IMG/VR virus record: IMGVR_UViG_3300029985_000693
Coordinates: 1-64,000 of that record
Origin: an uncultured virus (IMG/VR IMGVR_UViG_3300029985_000693)
Lineage: Duplodnaviria; Heunggongvirae; Uroviricota; Caudoviricetes
DNA length: 64,000 nt
Direction: 5' to 3' (one strand)
Numbering within the stretch: position 1 is the first letter of the stretch; every line of letters begins with the position of its first letter. Below, in pieces: positions 1 to 9,016 of this stretch. A program made the translations under genes and the position numbers. Below the pieces are notes generated by a model. That model made no database searches. It was not told the origin of the DNA and worked only from the letters and a program-made list of their open reading frames with translations.

Positions 1-16
1 GGGAAAGTTCAACCAT

Positions 17-391
17 TTGACTATCGGAGAGGCAAATGAAAAATATATTACATATAATTTAGGTCAGGAAGTATTTGACTACGATAGCAAAGTGGATTGT
101 ATTTCCACGGACTTAGATGTTGCTTTACCTCAACTCTACCTAAAGCGTTTCTTTTCCCAAAACCAAATGGCTTTAATTGAAAATGCCTTTGAAAATGGAG
201 AGGGAGCCAATATGTATTGCTCCCTGAAAGAAGACAAGATGTATAATGCTTCTCAATATTTTCCAGAAGAATGTAAACCAAACGATCGTATCCGCCTATT
301 AATGGAAAATATCATCCTTAATAAGGGTGAATTTAAGCTTAACTTACTTCCCGTCAAGCGCAAGGGTAAGTGGGTTCTGGAAAAACAATAA
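17..391 (+). CDS. Hypothetical protein, probably 5'-truncated by the window edge
   Basis: Frame is open from base 2; no motif recognised; stop abuts the next ATG. Confidence 0.5.
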   Translation: MTIGEANEKYITYNLGQEVFDYDSKVDCISTDLDVALPQLYLKRFFSQNQMALIENAFENGEGANMYCSLKEDKMYNASQYFPEECKPNDRIRLLMENIILNKGEFKLNLLPVKRKGKWVLEKQ

Positions 392-392
392 A

Positions 393-1406
393 ATGAATAA
401 ACCAGATTTATCGTATGACGATGTAGTATTGAAGCCCCGATATTCGACTCTTAGGAGTCGGTCTGAAGCCGATACGTCTGTATCCATTAGTAATGGTATG
501 GGGAAGACTATCACCCTAAAGGTACCTGTGTTAAGTGCCAATATGGATACAATTACAGAGGTAGCCACCGCCAAGGCCATGCATGAAGCTGGAGGTTTGG
601 GATGTCTACATCGATACGCAGATGTGGATGTCACCCTTGCGTGGATTAAACAGCTAAAAGAACACAATACACCTCCATGTGTGTCTGTTGGGGTGGGTTC
701 TGGCGAAGTAGACAAGGCCAAGCTATATATAGAGGCAGGAGCACAGGTTGTTATTGTAGATATAGCTCATGCCCACTCAATACAAATGGGGGAAATGCTC
801 AATAAACTACATGGGTTACCGAACCGTAAGGATTTTATCCTTATTGGAGGGAATGTAGCCACCAAAGAAGCAGCTGTCTATTTAGTAGACAATGGATGTG
901 ACGTAATTAAGGTTGGTATCGGACCGGGTATCGTTTGTACTACTACCAATGTAACAGGGCACGGCCGTCCCCAATTTACCGCCGTGGAAGAATGTGTAAA
1001 TGCCGTTTCAGCCCTTTCTTACCGTAAAACAGTTAAGGTTATAGCTGATGGGGGCCTACGGAGCAGTGGAGATATTGTCAAGGCCCTAGCTGTTGGAGCG
1101 GACCTAGTTATGGTTGGAGGAATGCTAGCTGGCTGCGATGAATGCCCCAAAGACGCCCAAGGCCACACGGTCTACCGAGGTATGGCCAGTGCAGAGGCCC
1201 AACTAGATCACCACCGCTCAGTCCACAATGGAGCCCCAGAAGGAGTATCCAAGCCGGTTACACCTAAAGGTTCAATTGTCAAGGTCATGGAAACCATTGC
1301 TGGAGGTATTCGGTCGGGGATGAGTTACAGTGGTGCTAGAACCCTCAATGAATTAGTCAACAAGGCAGAATTTACAATAACTACCAGTAATTTCAACAAA
1401 AAGTAA
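393..1406 (+). CDS. IMP dehydrogenase / GMP reductase family oxidoreductase without CBS domains
   Basis: LSYDDVVLKP, PVLSANMDT, DIAHAHS, GNVAT, KVGIGPGIVCTT (catalytic Cys), IADGG, YRGMAS and PEG motifs; start moved to ATG 393, directly after the upstream stop. Confidence 0.9.
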   Translation: MNKPDLSYDDVVLKPRYSTLRSRSEADTSVSISNGMGKTITLKVPVLSANMDTITEVATAKAMHEAGGLGCLHRYADVDVTLAWIKQLKEHNTPPCVSVGVGSGEVDKAKLYIEAGAQVVIVDIAHAHSIQMGEMLNKLHGLPNRKDFILIGGNVATKEAAVYLVDNGCDVIKVGIGPGIVCTTTNVTGHGRPQFTAVEECVNAVSALSYRKTVKVIADGGLRSSGDIVKALAVGADLVMVGGMLAGCDECPKDAQGHTVYRGMASAEAQLDHHRSVHNGAPEGVSKPVTPKGSIVKVMETIAGGIRSGMSYSGARTLNELVNKAEFTITTSNFNKK

Positions 1407-1409
1407 AAA

Positions 1410-1499
1410 ATGGAAATACTATTCATCAGTTTTGGTATAACAATTCTATTAGCTACGTTAATCCCTTTAATTGAACTATTTATCGATAAGAGGAAATAA
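1410..1499 (+). CDS. 29-aa hydrophobic peptide MEILFISFGITILLATLIPLIELFIDKRK
   Basis: Translated by hand; ATG 3 nt after the previous stop; one TM-like stretch and a basic tail. Confidence 0.5.
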   Translation: MEILFISFGITILLATLIPLIELFIDKRK

Positions 1500-1534
1500 A
1501 ATGCTATTGACAATTTGTGCATTGGTCGGGTCCC

Positions 1535-1541
1535 AATTTTA
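1535..1541 (+). promoter_or_regulatory. Representative copy of putative late-promoter motif AAT(T/C)TT(A/T)
   Basis: Same heptamer upstream of at least 17 + strand starts, exactly 7 nt before ATG in six cases (see findings). Confidence 0.6.
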
Positions 1542-1548
1542 AAGGGTA

Positions 1549-2832
1549 ATGGCTACCGTAGATATATTCAACACCCAAACCCAAGAGACTTTTGAACTAG
1601 AGGTCTCCAATTCGGAAGAGTTGGAGATCTATCTACGTAGAAATATTAAATTCCTTAACAATAATGTACCTTTTGGTAACTTAGCCAAATGTTTGCAACT
1701 AATAGAAGATGATGGTAATTATCTATTAGACTTCTCCAAAGCAGAAGAGTTGTTTGACTCAATTCCAACTCAAAACATACCAGAAGCCATAGAATCAGAC
1801 CTAAACAGCCACGCCCTTAGCAATTTAGGTAAATCAGAGTCTAGCGTACTGGAAGAAGAGTACGGTATCAAACCAGATAAATGGGCCAAAGTCCTAGGTA
1901 ATAATCTCAAACCATTTAACCCAAAATTAGTAGCACCAAAGGTTATAAGTCCTTGGAATCAGGACGGAATAACCTTCTCCAAAGCCATCAGATCTGCGTT
2001 TGATGCAAATAAAGTACATTACGTACATTTAGGTGGGAAGCACAGTAATGGTAGCATGGTAGCGTTTGATCCATCTACCAAAATACGTTACCTATTAAAG
2101 CCAGGATTTGGAGAGTCTTCTCCTGCGGCTGGTATTAGGGAAACCCCCTACACTCAATCTCAACGAGAAACGGCCTTTTACCATGCATCTGTTTCCATGG
2201 ATTTAGGTAATTATTTACCTGAATGCCAAATGTTGTTGTTTGATGGCAAGGAAGTTGCTTGCATAAAAATGCTTCCGGACTACTTTGTAAATTACGTGGA
2301 CTTCACTACTGAAGACCAGTTTTTAGGTAGAGAAGTTCTGGAAAACTATTTGGTTTCAGGAACCCTACATAAATGGGCTGTCATGGATTACGTTCTCGGG
2401 AACGTAGATAGGCACAGCTCCAACCTAATGGTGGGTAGACCCAAAGGCAACAGCAGCGACGGGAATAAAGGCGTCACTGTTCGCCTAATAGACCACGGTA
2501 GCACCTTGGCTGGTTTGGGTTTTGACCCAGCCAATGATCCTTCCAGCTATTTACCGTATTATTTACGTATGTGGAGTTCCATTTCCAAGTTCCAACGCTT
2601 GATCCCAAAAGACAGGTTTCACCAAATGCCCACAACTTCTTTGGAGGGTGAAAAGATTTTAAGAAACTGGTTCAAAGACCTTGATTTGGTTAAATTGGCA
2701 TGGGTGTTAGAATCTTATGGAATAAACCCCCAACCCATGATTGCCCGTGCGACCCAAATACACCTAAATATGGCAAACGGAAGGCTGGATGAGGCAATAA
2801 ACAAACTATGGGCTGGTTACGATAATCTTTAA
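1549..2832 (+). CDS. PI3K/PI4K/HipA-like atypical kinase, putative virion cargo
   Basis: Gly loop LGGKHSNGS, YLLKP (Lys), QRETAFY (Glu), DYVLGNVDRHSSN catalytic loop, LIDHG (DFG equivalent). Confidence 0.8.
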   Translation: MATVDIFNTQTQETFELEVSNSEELEIYLRRNIKFLNNNVPFGNLAKCLQLIEDDGNYLLDFSKAEELFDSIPTQNIPEAIESDLNSHALSNLGKSESSVLEEEYGIKPDKWAKVLGNNLKPFNPKLVAPKVISPWNQDGITFSKAIRSAFDANKVHYVHLGGKHSNGSMVAFDPSTKIRYLLKPGFGESSPAAGIRETPYTQSQRETAFYHASVSMDLGNYLPECQMLLFDGKEVACIKMLPDYFVNYVDFTTEDQFLGREVLENYLVSGTLHKWAVMDYVLGNVDRHSSNLMVGRPKGNSSDGNKGVTVRLIDHGSTLAGLGFDPANDPSSYLPYYLRMWSSISKFQRLIPKDRFHQMPTTSLEGEKILRNWFKDLDLVKLAWVLESYGINPQPMIARATQIHLNMANGRLDEAINKLWAGYDNL

Positions 2833-2835
2833 TAT

Positions 2836-3147
2836 ATGGAAATATCAGACAAACAAATCAAAGGCAAACCCAAAGTTGTAGGAAGTACCGAAAATGGACC
2901 GGTACTGTCTATGACCACAAAGGGTGGATTGCATTTAATCCTAGGAATGAATAAGGGCGGCAAGACCGAAACTTTAGCTATGGGTTCGCATCCTGCACTT
3001 GCAAGGCATATAGCCTCCAAAAAAGCCGATATTACGTGGAATTCATTAGAAAAATCAGAAGCTAGGGATACCGAAACATTTAAAGAACTAATCCCTAAAT
3101 ACGAAAAACTAACTGACGAAATTAGAGAATTAGAAAACAAGGAATAA
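2836..3147 (+). CDS. Small putative head-associated protein
   Basis: Lies in the late cluster; upstream AATCTTT motif; LEKSE motif. Confidence 0.55.
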   Translation: MEISDKQIKGKPKVVGSTENGPVLSMTTKGGLHLILGMNKGGKTETLAMGSHPALARHIASKKADITWNSLEKSEARDTETFKELIPKYEKLTDEIRELENKE

Positions 3148-4002
3148 ATGGCTCCCAAGAACACCATTACCACAACGCCTATGCCTTATAGCGGGATAAT
3201 GCCCGCTTTCAATCCTGACGATTTTGCGGCTTTCATTGATTCAAATGGAGTAGAGCTTATTCATTATAAGGCCATACCTTGTCCCGTAGGGCTTGAAGAT
3301 GAACAAGATTCTGTTCACAAGAACCATGTACCCCATGCTGGATGCAGTAACGGTTACATATTCATAGAAGCTGGCTGTTTGGTCGCCACCTTCAATAACG
3401 CCCCAAATTTATGGAACCTAGGTGATACCGGACTAGTTTCGGGTTCTACCTGTATGGTTACATTTCCTTTTACTTATACGGATGGAATTACACCCGTAGT
3501 AATAGCCGTACAAGATAGATTTTATCTAAAAGATATACAATGCTATGTTACCTCCCAGCAAAGGTTCCAACGTGGCAACGGTACAACTGATTTCTTACAC
3601 TTTCCCCCAGAATACATAGAATATATCTTTGATTCCAAGGGTTTGCAATACTTGTCTACGGATTATAGCGTTACTCAGGGCTCTCTTCTTTGGGTAGGAA
3701 ACAGACCTGCTGAAGGTACTATTTGTGCCATTAGGTATTTATACCGCCCTTTTTGGTATGCAGCGAGATTATTACACGAAATTCGCGTAGCCAGAACAGA
3801 AAATATGGTTACAGGTGAAAGAGGGCTTACTAGAATGCCTTATTCAGCCCTTTGTAATCGTGAGAACGTAGGTAGAAATGAATATACTCAAATTAACCCA
3901 AATCAAATTGTTCCGCCAAGAGCTATTTTGCCACCCAACCAACGAAATAATTTTTTATCTGGTAAATCACCAAGCTCTATAAGTGAAATAGAGGAAGAAT
4001 AA
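3148..4002 (+). CDS. Putative neck / head-closure protein
   Basis: G-V-E-L-I-H-Y-K-A-I-P-C-P...C-S-N-G-Y pattern resembles large-myovirus head-closure proteins; context. Confidence 0.5.
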   Translation: MAPKNTITTTPMPYSGIMPAFNPDDFAAFIDSNGVELIHYKAIPCPVGLEDEQDSVHKNHVPHAGCSNGYIFIEAGCLVATFNNAPNLWNLGDTGLVSGSTCMVTFPFTYTDGITPVVIAVQDRFYLKDIQCYVTSQQRFQRGNGTTDFLHFPPEYIEYIFDSKGLQYLSTDYSVTQGSLLWVGNRPAEGTICAIRYLYRPFWYAARLLHEIRVARTENMVTGERGLTRMPYSALCNRENVGRNEYTQINPNQIVPPRAILPPNQRNNFLSGKSPSSISEIEEE

Positions 4003-4003
4003 A

Positions 4004-4735
4004 ATGATAGTATATGGATTAGTTTATGCTCTATTGGATCCTTTTGGAAAAATTAGATATATAGGTCAAACATGCGATACAATAGAGCAGAGATTTAAAG
4101 AACACCTATTTCCTTCAAATCTTAAAAATTTAGATCACAAAACCAATTGGATAAAATCATTATTATCAAAAAACCAAAAACCTACGATAAGATTGCTTCA
4201 AGATAATATTCCTGTAAAATTCATAGAAACCAAAGAAAAACAATGGGATATGACTATTATTGATACCACTGAAACAGAATGGATTCGTCTATATAAACTA
4301 ATTGGCGCAAAATTAACCAATAGCACAAATGGAGGGGGAGGTCAGCATGGAAGAATCCCAAGTAAAGAAACTTTACGTAAAATGTCTGAATCTCATAAGG
4401 GTAAAAACAATGGACCCGTAGCTGCTGCTAATATATCAAAAGCCTTAACAGGAAAGAAGAGAGCCCCATTTACAAAAGAACACAAAAGGAATATAGCGAT
4501 AGGAGCTACAGGTAAGCTTCAATCAGAAGAATCAAAATATAAAAAATCAGTTACCTTGAAAGCAAACCAAAAGAACACAGAACATCTACGTAAGCTATCG
4601 GAAGCAAGGAGGGGTGTGCCGCAAAGTCCAGAATTAATAGCAAAAAGAGTGGCTTCCTGTAAACTAACTCTTGAAAGAAACAAAAAAAAGAAAATAGATG
4701 CAATAAATGCTATATTTTCTTTTTTAATGTCTTAA
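4004..4735 (+). CDS. GIY-YIG homing endonuclease with NUMOD3-like repeats
   Basis: LVYALLDP...RYIGQT...RFKEH...E..WI...LTNST.GG, followed by ETLRKMSESHKGK-type repeats. Confidence 0.85.
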   Translation: MIVYGLVYALLDPFGKIRYIGQTCDTIEQRFKEHLFPSNLKNLDHKTNWIKSLLSKNQKPTIRLLQDNIPVKFIETKEKQWDMTIIDTTETEWIRLYKLIGAKLTNSTNGGGGQHGRIPSKETLRKMSESHKGKNNGPVAAANISKALTGKKRAPFTKEHKRNIAIGATGKLQSEESKYKKSVTLKANQKNTEHLRKLSEARRGVPQSPELIAKRVASCKLTLERNKKKKIDAINAIFSFLMS

Positions 4736-4756
4736 ACCGCAATTTTACCACTAAAT

Positions 4757-5584
4757 ATGAAAGATTCTCAATTTCTACAACTTTTCATTGGTAAAGAAGG
4801 AGCCCAAGCCCTTTCTAAGTCTGCGCGCGCAATCCCCTCTATAAATACCGTTATAGCGCCAACAGTACTTTCCACCTGGATCAGCTTAGTTGAGAACTTC
4901 GATGGGGAGGTCCTGGGTAAATCCATTAAATTCCAAAAGAACGAAGATGGGACATATAATGGTTCAGTTCAATTTTCAAAAGGGATGTCTATAGATTTTA
5001 CCCTAAAGGACATTTTTTACGTGGTATCAGCTATTGCTGTAGCCCATGACTTAACAGGCGATATTGGAAATATCAAAAAAACAGACTTAACTGCTTTAAA
5101 TAAGACTATTTCTGCCTTAGTAACACATACTCTTAATAAATCCCAAATGGTAGGAATAAATGCTGGTTTGGCGGCAAAACCACTAGCTGCAATGACTCCT
5201 ACTCCTCCTAGTCCACCATCAATGAAACCCTTGGGAGCTAAGGCTCAAATACCAGGGATGCCCAAAGCGGATCCTTCCTTGTTGGCCAGTCAAGGGGTAC
5301 CCCCCAATGAAATTCATTCCCCCAGTAGCTCTACGGGAACTAGTAGCTTGGGTACCATGAAATTACCTTCCTTGAAGTTGAAGAAGTCAGAAATAGTAGA
5401 CAAATGTGGGATATGTGCCACCAAGCATTTCAAGGAAGACGTACTCAAGGGATGTCTCTGTATTCGGGGATTGCTCAAAACCACAACCGTCGAACTCAAA
5501 GAAGACACCTATGTATTGGTAAATACTAATAATTTAGGTTTAAGTGATTTTGGTTTTATAGCAGACGCCTTGAAGGGTTTTTAA
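4757..5584 (+). CDS. Putative head protein with Pro-rich linker and C-terminal CxxC...CxC domain
   Basis: LSKSA, LNKSQ and LKKSE motifs; CGIC...CLC; upstream AATTTTA. Confidence 0.55.
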   Translation: MKDSQFLQLFIGKEGAQALSKSARAIPSINTVIAPTVLSTWISLVENFDGEVLGKSIKFQKNEDGTYNGSVQFSKGMSIDFTLKDIFYVVSAIAVAHDLTGDIGNIKKTDLTALNKTISALVTHTLNKSQMVGINAGLAAKPLAAMTPTPPSPPSMKPLGAKAQIPGMPKADPSLLASQGVPPNEIHSPSSSTGTSSLGTMKLPSLKLKKSEIVDKCGICATKHFKEDVLKGCLCIRGLLKTTTVELKEDTYVLVNTNNLGLSDFGFIADALKGF

Positions 5585-5586
5585 TA

Positions 5587-6108
5587 ATGGAAAAATCTAA
5601 AGAAAAATCAACCAAAGGTCCCCATAAGTGGATGGACAAATATGTCTTAGTAGACAAAGACGACTCAGCCTCTCTCGATAGGGACAGTGCTGTTGGTGAA
5701 TTTCACAACAAACTCCCCAGAGAGGTAGCCGAAAAGGAAGCTTACCATAAATACACCCAAAAGGTCCATCAAGACGGGGCAATACACCACTTAAAGGGAA
5801 TGAAGGCTGCTGAAGCTACTGGAAATAAAGAAGCCAAAGAGTCCCATGGGTTAAAACTATATCTACATCTTAAGGCTTTGGGTGGAGATCAAACAGAATT
5901 AGCATCTAAAATCAAGGCTTTGGCGGATGAAGACACATCTACCGGTACTTATAAGTTTCAAAGCCATTCTGGGGATGATCTTTTACAAGACTGCCTATCA
6001 AAAACAGAAACAAAAGACTATTTGCGTGAATTACTTAAAAATATGACCAAAAAACTTATCCAGAACGTCTTACAAGACAACAATCTTAATCATAATGAAA
6101 TCAAATAA
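5587..6108 (+). CDS. Hypothetical His/Lys-rich helical protein, putative virion protein
   Basis: Tightly packed in the late cluster; LSKTE motif. Confidence 0.55.
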   Translation: MEKSKEKSTKGPHKWMDKYVLVDKDDSASLDRDSAVGEFHNKLPREVAEKEAYHKYTQKVHQDGAIHHLKGMKAAEATGNKEAKESHGLKLYLHLKALGGDQTELASKIKALADEDTSTGTYKFQSHSGDDLLQDCLSKTETKDYLRELLKNMTKKLIQNVLQDNNLNHNEIK

Positions 6109-7303
6109 AAAATACAAATGTGATATTTTAGACGGAACAAGGATCGGAAGATTGACTGTAGTCGAAAAATTAATAGAAAAGACTAAAAATGGTTCTTTGA
6201 AATATTTATGTAAATGTGATTGTGGCAATCAAAAAATCATAAAAGGAGCCAACCTTTATTCAACAAAAACAATTAAGGCGACACAAAGTTGTGGTTGTTT
6301 ACAAAGGGAATCAATCAAATTAATATTTAAAGACTTAGAAATTATAGAAATTGGTAGCAGGGTGGGTCAAGTAACTATATTAAAAGAACTAGAGATTCGC
6401 AATAAGAATGGAAGTAAATACTTTTTATGTAAATGCGATTGCGGTAAAGAGATAAAGACAACAGCGACAAGACTTAGAATCAAACATAAAAGTTCTGCGA
6501 AATATTCAACCATAGAAAGTTGTGGATGTTTAAGAAGCGAACGACGGTTATCTGGCGGCAAAAATCCGCCTGGGTTAAATATCATTAACAAGCTTGTTAG
6601 TGATTATATCACTGGGGCGAAACATAGAGGATATAGCAATACGCTCACCTGGGATGAGCATGTGTATTTATTTAAACAAAACTGTTATTATTGTAATTTA
6701 CCTCCATCGAATATTTTAAAAGCATATAATTCAAGTTATATTTATTCCGGTATTGATAGAATCGATAATACTATTGGATATACTATAGATAATGTTGTCT
6801 CATCTTGCAAGAAATGTAATATAGCAAAGTTCTCTGGCACACAGTTGAATTTCATTAAATGGATTAAGAGTTTATACGAATTTAAAGAAACAACGAACAT
6901 TTTAATTGATTTCGATCCAAAATTCAGAGCATTGAATCAATTAATCAGTAAATACAAAACTTCAGCAAAACAAAGGAAACTAAAATATGATTTAGACAAA
7001 GAAACAGCAATTTTCCTTTTCAAAGGGGCATGTATTTATTGTAAAAAATCGCCATACAGAATATTCAAGATAAGAGCAAAGAAAGAATATTTATATGTCT
7101 ATAACGGTATAGATAGAGTTGATAACCGTCAAGGATATATTAAGGAAAATGTTGTTTCTTGCTGCACACAATGTAATTATAGTAAAAGGGATTTGTCAGT
7201 ACAAGAATTTAAAGATTGGACATTGAGAGCATACAACCATATGAAATCTAATGGTATTTTTGATAAAATAAAGCCCAAAGACAATATTTACAAGAACTTT
7301 TGA
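6095..7303 (+). CDS. HNH homing endonuclease with duplicated CxCDCG domains and two HNH-like domains
   Basis: YLCKCDCG...SCGC occurs twice; CYYC...GIDRIDNTIGY...NVVSSCKKCN and CIYC...GIDRVDNRQGY...NVVSCCTQCN. Confidence 0.85.
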   Translation: MKSNKKYKCDILDGTRIGRLTVVEKLIEKTKNGSLKYLCKCDCGNQKIIKGANLYSTKTIKATQSCGCLQRESIKLIFKDLEIIEIGSRVGQVTILKELEIRNKNGSKYFLCKCDCGKEIKTTATRLRIKHKSSAKYSTIESCGCLRSERRLSGGKNPPGLNIINKLVSDYITGAKHRGYSNTLTWDEHVYLFKQNCYYCNLPPSNILKAYNSSYIYSGIDRIDNTIGYTIDNVVSSCKKCNIAKFSGTQLNFIKWIKSLYEFKETTNILIDFDPKFRALNQLISKYKTSAKQRKLKYDLDKETAIFLFKGACIYCKKSPYRIFKIRAKKEYLYVYNGIDRVDNRQGYIKENVVSCCTQCNYSKRDLSVQEFKDWTLRAYNHMKSNGIFDKIKPKDNIYKNF

Positions 7304-7379
7304 AAGAAATGGTCGGAAATCTGGCCAAAGCAATAAAGAAGTAAAGCAATAATCTTATTTACAGGAGATTTAAACAATT

Positions 7380-8051
7380 ATGGCAAATAACATTCGAAGT
7401 GCTACAGCGTCAATGGTTAATACGGGCAGCTACGACGGTCTATGCGTACTAAGCAGTGCAGACGCTTTTGACGTTGGGGCTACAGTGAGTATTACCTCAA
7501 CGGTATACCCCCAACCCAACAATCTAGTAATTCTGGCTAAAAATGGAAGCATCCTCACCCTTGGTCTTCCCAATGGTGGTGGTCTAGCCAATTTAAGCCA
7601 ATACTTCTGCCCTCCGATTGACACCGTTACGGTCCAGCAATCAGCCGGTCCTGGTCCTGGCAGCGGTGGCTACAACATTTTCCCTGGTACTCCGGGTCAA
7701 AACTTTTACGGTAATTTCGGTCTAACCCTTGGACCGGACGTTGGAAGTTCAGCTGTTGGTTCAACCTATTGGTCTCTAGCGGCTCTTGCCGATGCGACTA
7801 CGGGTGATGCTCTTATTTGGGTTGCGGCCACTGCTGGTTATAACGCTCCGGCTTGGGGTGCGTCTCAAGTAATTCAAGCTAGCATGCAACGAGCCTCGGG
7901 CGGTAACGTATATGTTGCCCTAAATAGCGGAACGACCAATAGCGGTCAGACCCCTACCGGAACTACTACTTTTACCGGTACAGACGGTATCACTTGGCAA
8001 TTCTTAGCCACTGCGACACCCGCAACCTTCACTCAAATCGGTATCAAATAA
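7380..8051 (+). CDS. Putative virion decoration/fibre protein with CBM-like C-terminus; paralogue of the next gene
   Basis: AW...MQR..G..YVA..SGTT...PTGT...GTDGITW shared with 8138..9016; strong AGGAG RBS and downstream terminator. Confidence 0.6.
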   Translation: MANNIRSATASMVNTGSYDGLCVLSSADAFDVGATVSITSTVYPQPNNLVILAKNGSILTLGLPNGGGLANLSQYFCPPIDTVTVQQSAGPGPGSGGYNIFPGTPGQNFYGNFGLTLGPDVGSSAVGSTYWSLAALADATTGDALIWVAATAGYNAPAWGASQVIQASMQRASGGNVYVALNSGTTNSGQTPTGTTTFTGTDGITWQFLATATPATFTQIGIK

Positions 8052-8077
8052 AATTTAATTAAGGTAAATCTCCTGTG

Positions 8078-8112
8078 AAAGGGTTCTGGGTTTAAACACC
8101 TAGAACCTTTTC
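8078..8112 (+). terminator. Rho-independent terminator
   Basis: Stem GGTTCTGGGT / ACCTAGAACC with loop TTAAAC, followed by TTTTCT. Confidence 0.7.
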
Positions 8113-8137
8113 TATTTGGGGAATAATCTTTAAGCAT

Positions 8138-9016
8138 ATGACTTTCCCCAACCAAGTTTCCAGTACTACCACGGATGTAGGTACCCCTTTTGGCCAGATA
8201 AACGTGGGTAATTCTAATGGCTTTACACCTGGAGCGACTGTATTGATAAGTTCTCAGGTATTTCCTACTCCCTATCAATTAAAAATACTATCCATACAAG
8301 GGAATCAATTAAACCTAGTAACCCTACAAGACACCATACCTGATTTAAGCCAATTTGGTACCCTACCTACAGATACCACCACTATCACCCAAATAACTAC
8401 TCCGATAGGATGGTATACCCTTTTAGATGGTAATCCCGGTTCTTCATATTATGGTTATTTTAACAAAGTTACTGGTCCCGATACTGGCAACGCCAATGAA
8501 TGGGATCAGTTTTGGTGCTTAAATGCATCCAATAATGGTGATTCAATAATTTGGATTTGTTCTTCTCCAGGTGTTTGCGCTCCTCAATGGGCTGAAGGCC
8601 AATCCATCCAAATAAACATGCAACGCAGTAATGCTGGTCAAAACTACGTTGCTACTTCTAGTGGTACTACTACTGGGGGAAATGCCCCTACTGGTACAGC
8701 CACAGAAACAGGAACTGATGGAATTACATGGATTTATGTAAATAGTTTACCTGTTGCTACATTTAACAGTATATTATTGGCAAGTCCTGGTGGAAGTCCT
8801 CCAACCTTTGTAAACAATGAGATACCAACAGGTTCAATAGATGGTATTAACGGTACCTTTACTTTACTACACATACCTCTTGATGGCATTAATGTGTATT
8901 TATCGGGATTAAGAGTCCCCCCTGTTAATTATACTTTAATTGGCAATGTTTTTACTTTCGTATTAGGGCAAATTCCACCAGAAGGATCTTATCTTTATGT
9001 CGATTACTCATATTAA
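8138..9016 (+). CDS. Putative virion protein; paralogue of 7380..8051 with an extra C-terminal beta domain
   Basis: Colinear similarity to the upstream ORF; C-terminal FVNNEIPTGSIDGINGTFTL...VDYSY module typical of phage structural proteins. Confidence 0.6.
   Translation: MTFPNQVSSTTTDVGTPFGQINVGNSNGFTPGATVLISSQVFPTPYQLKILSIQGNQLNLVTLQDTIPDLSQFGTLPTDTTTITQITTPIGWYTLLDGNPGSSYYGYFNKVTGPDTGNANEWDQFWCLNASNNGDSIIWICSSPGVCAPQWAEGQSIQINMQRSNAGQNYVATSSGTTTGGNAPTGTATETGTDGITWIYVNSLPVATFNSILLASPGGSPPTFVNNEIPTGSIDGINGTFTLLHIPLDGINVYLSGLRVPPVNYTLIGNVFTFVLGQIPPEGSYLYVDYSY

Noticed and set aside
1507..1541. Sigma70 promoter from TTGACA at 1507
   Set aside because: No acceptable -10 element at 16-18 nt spacing
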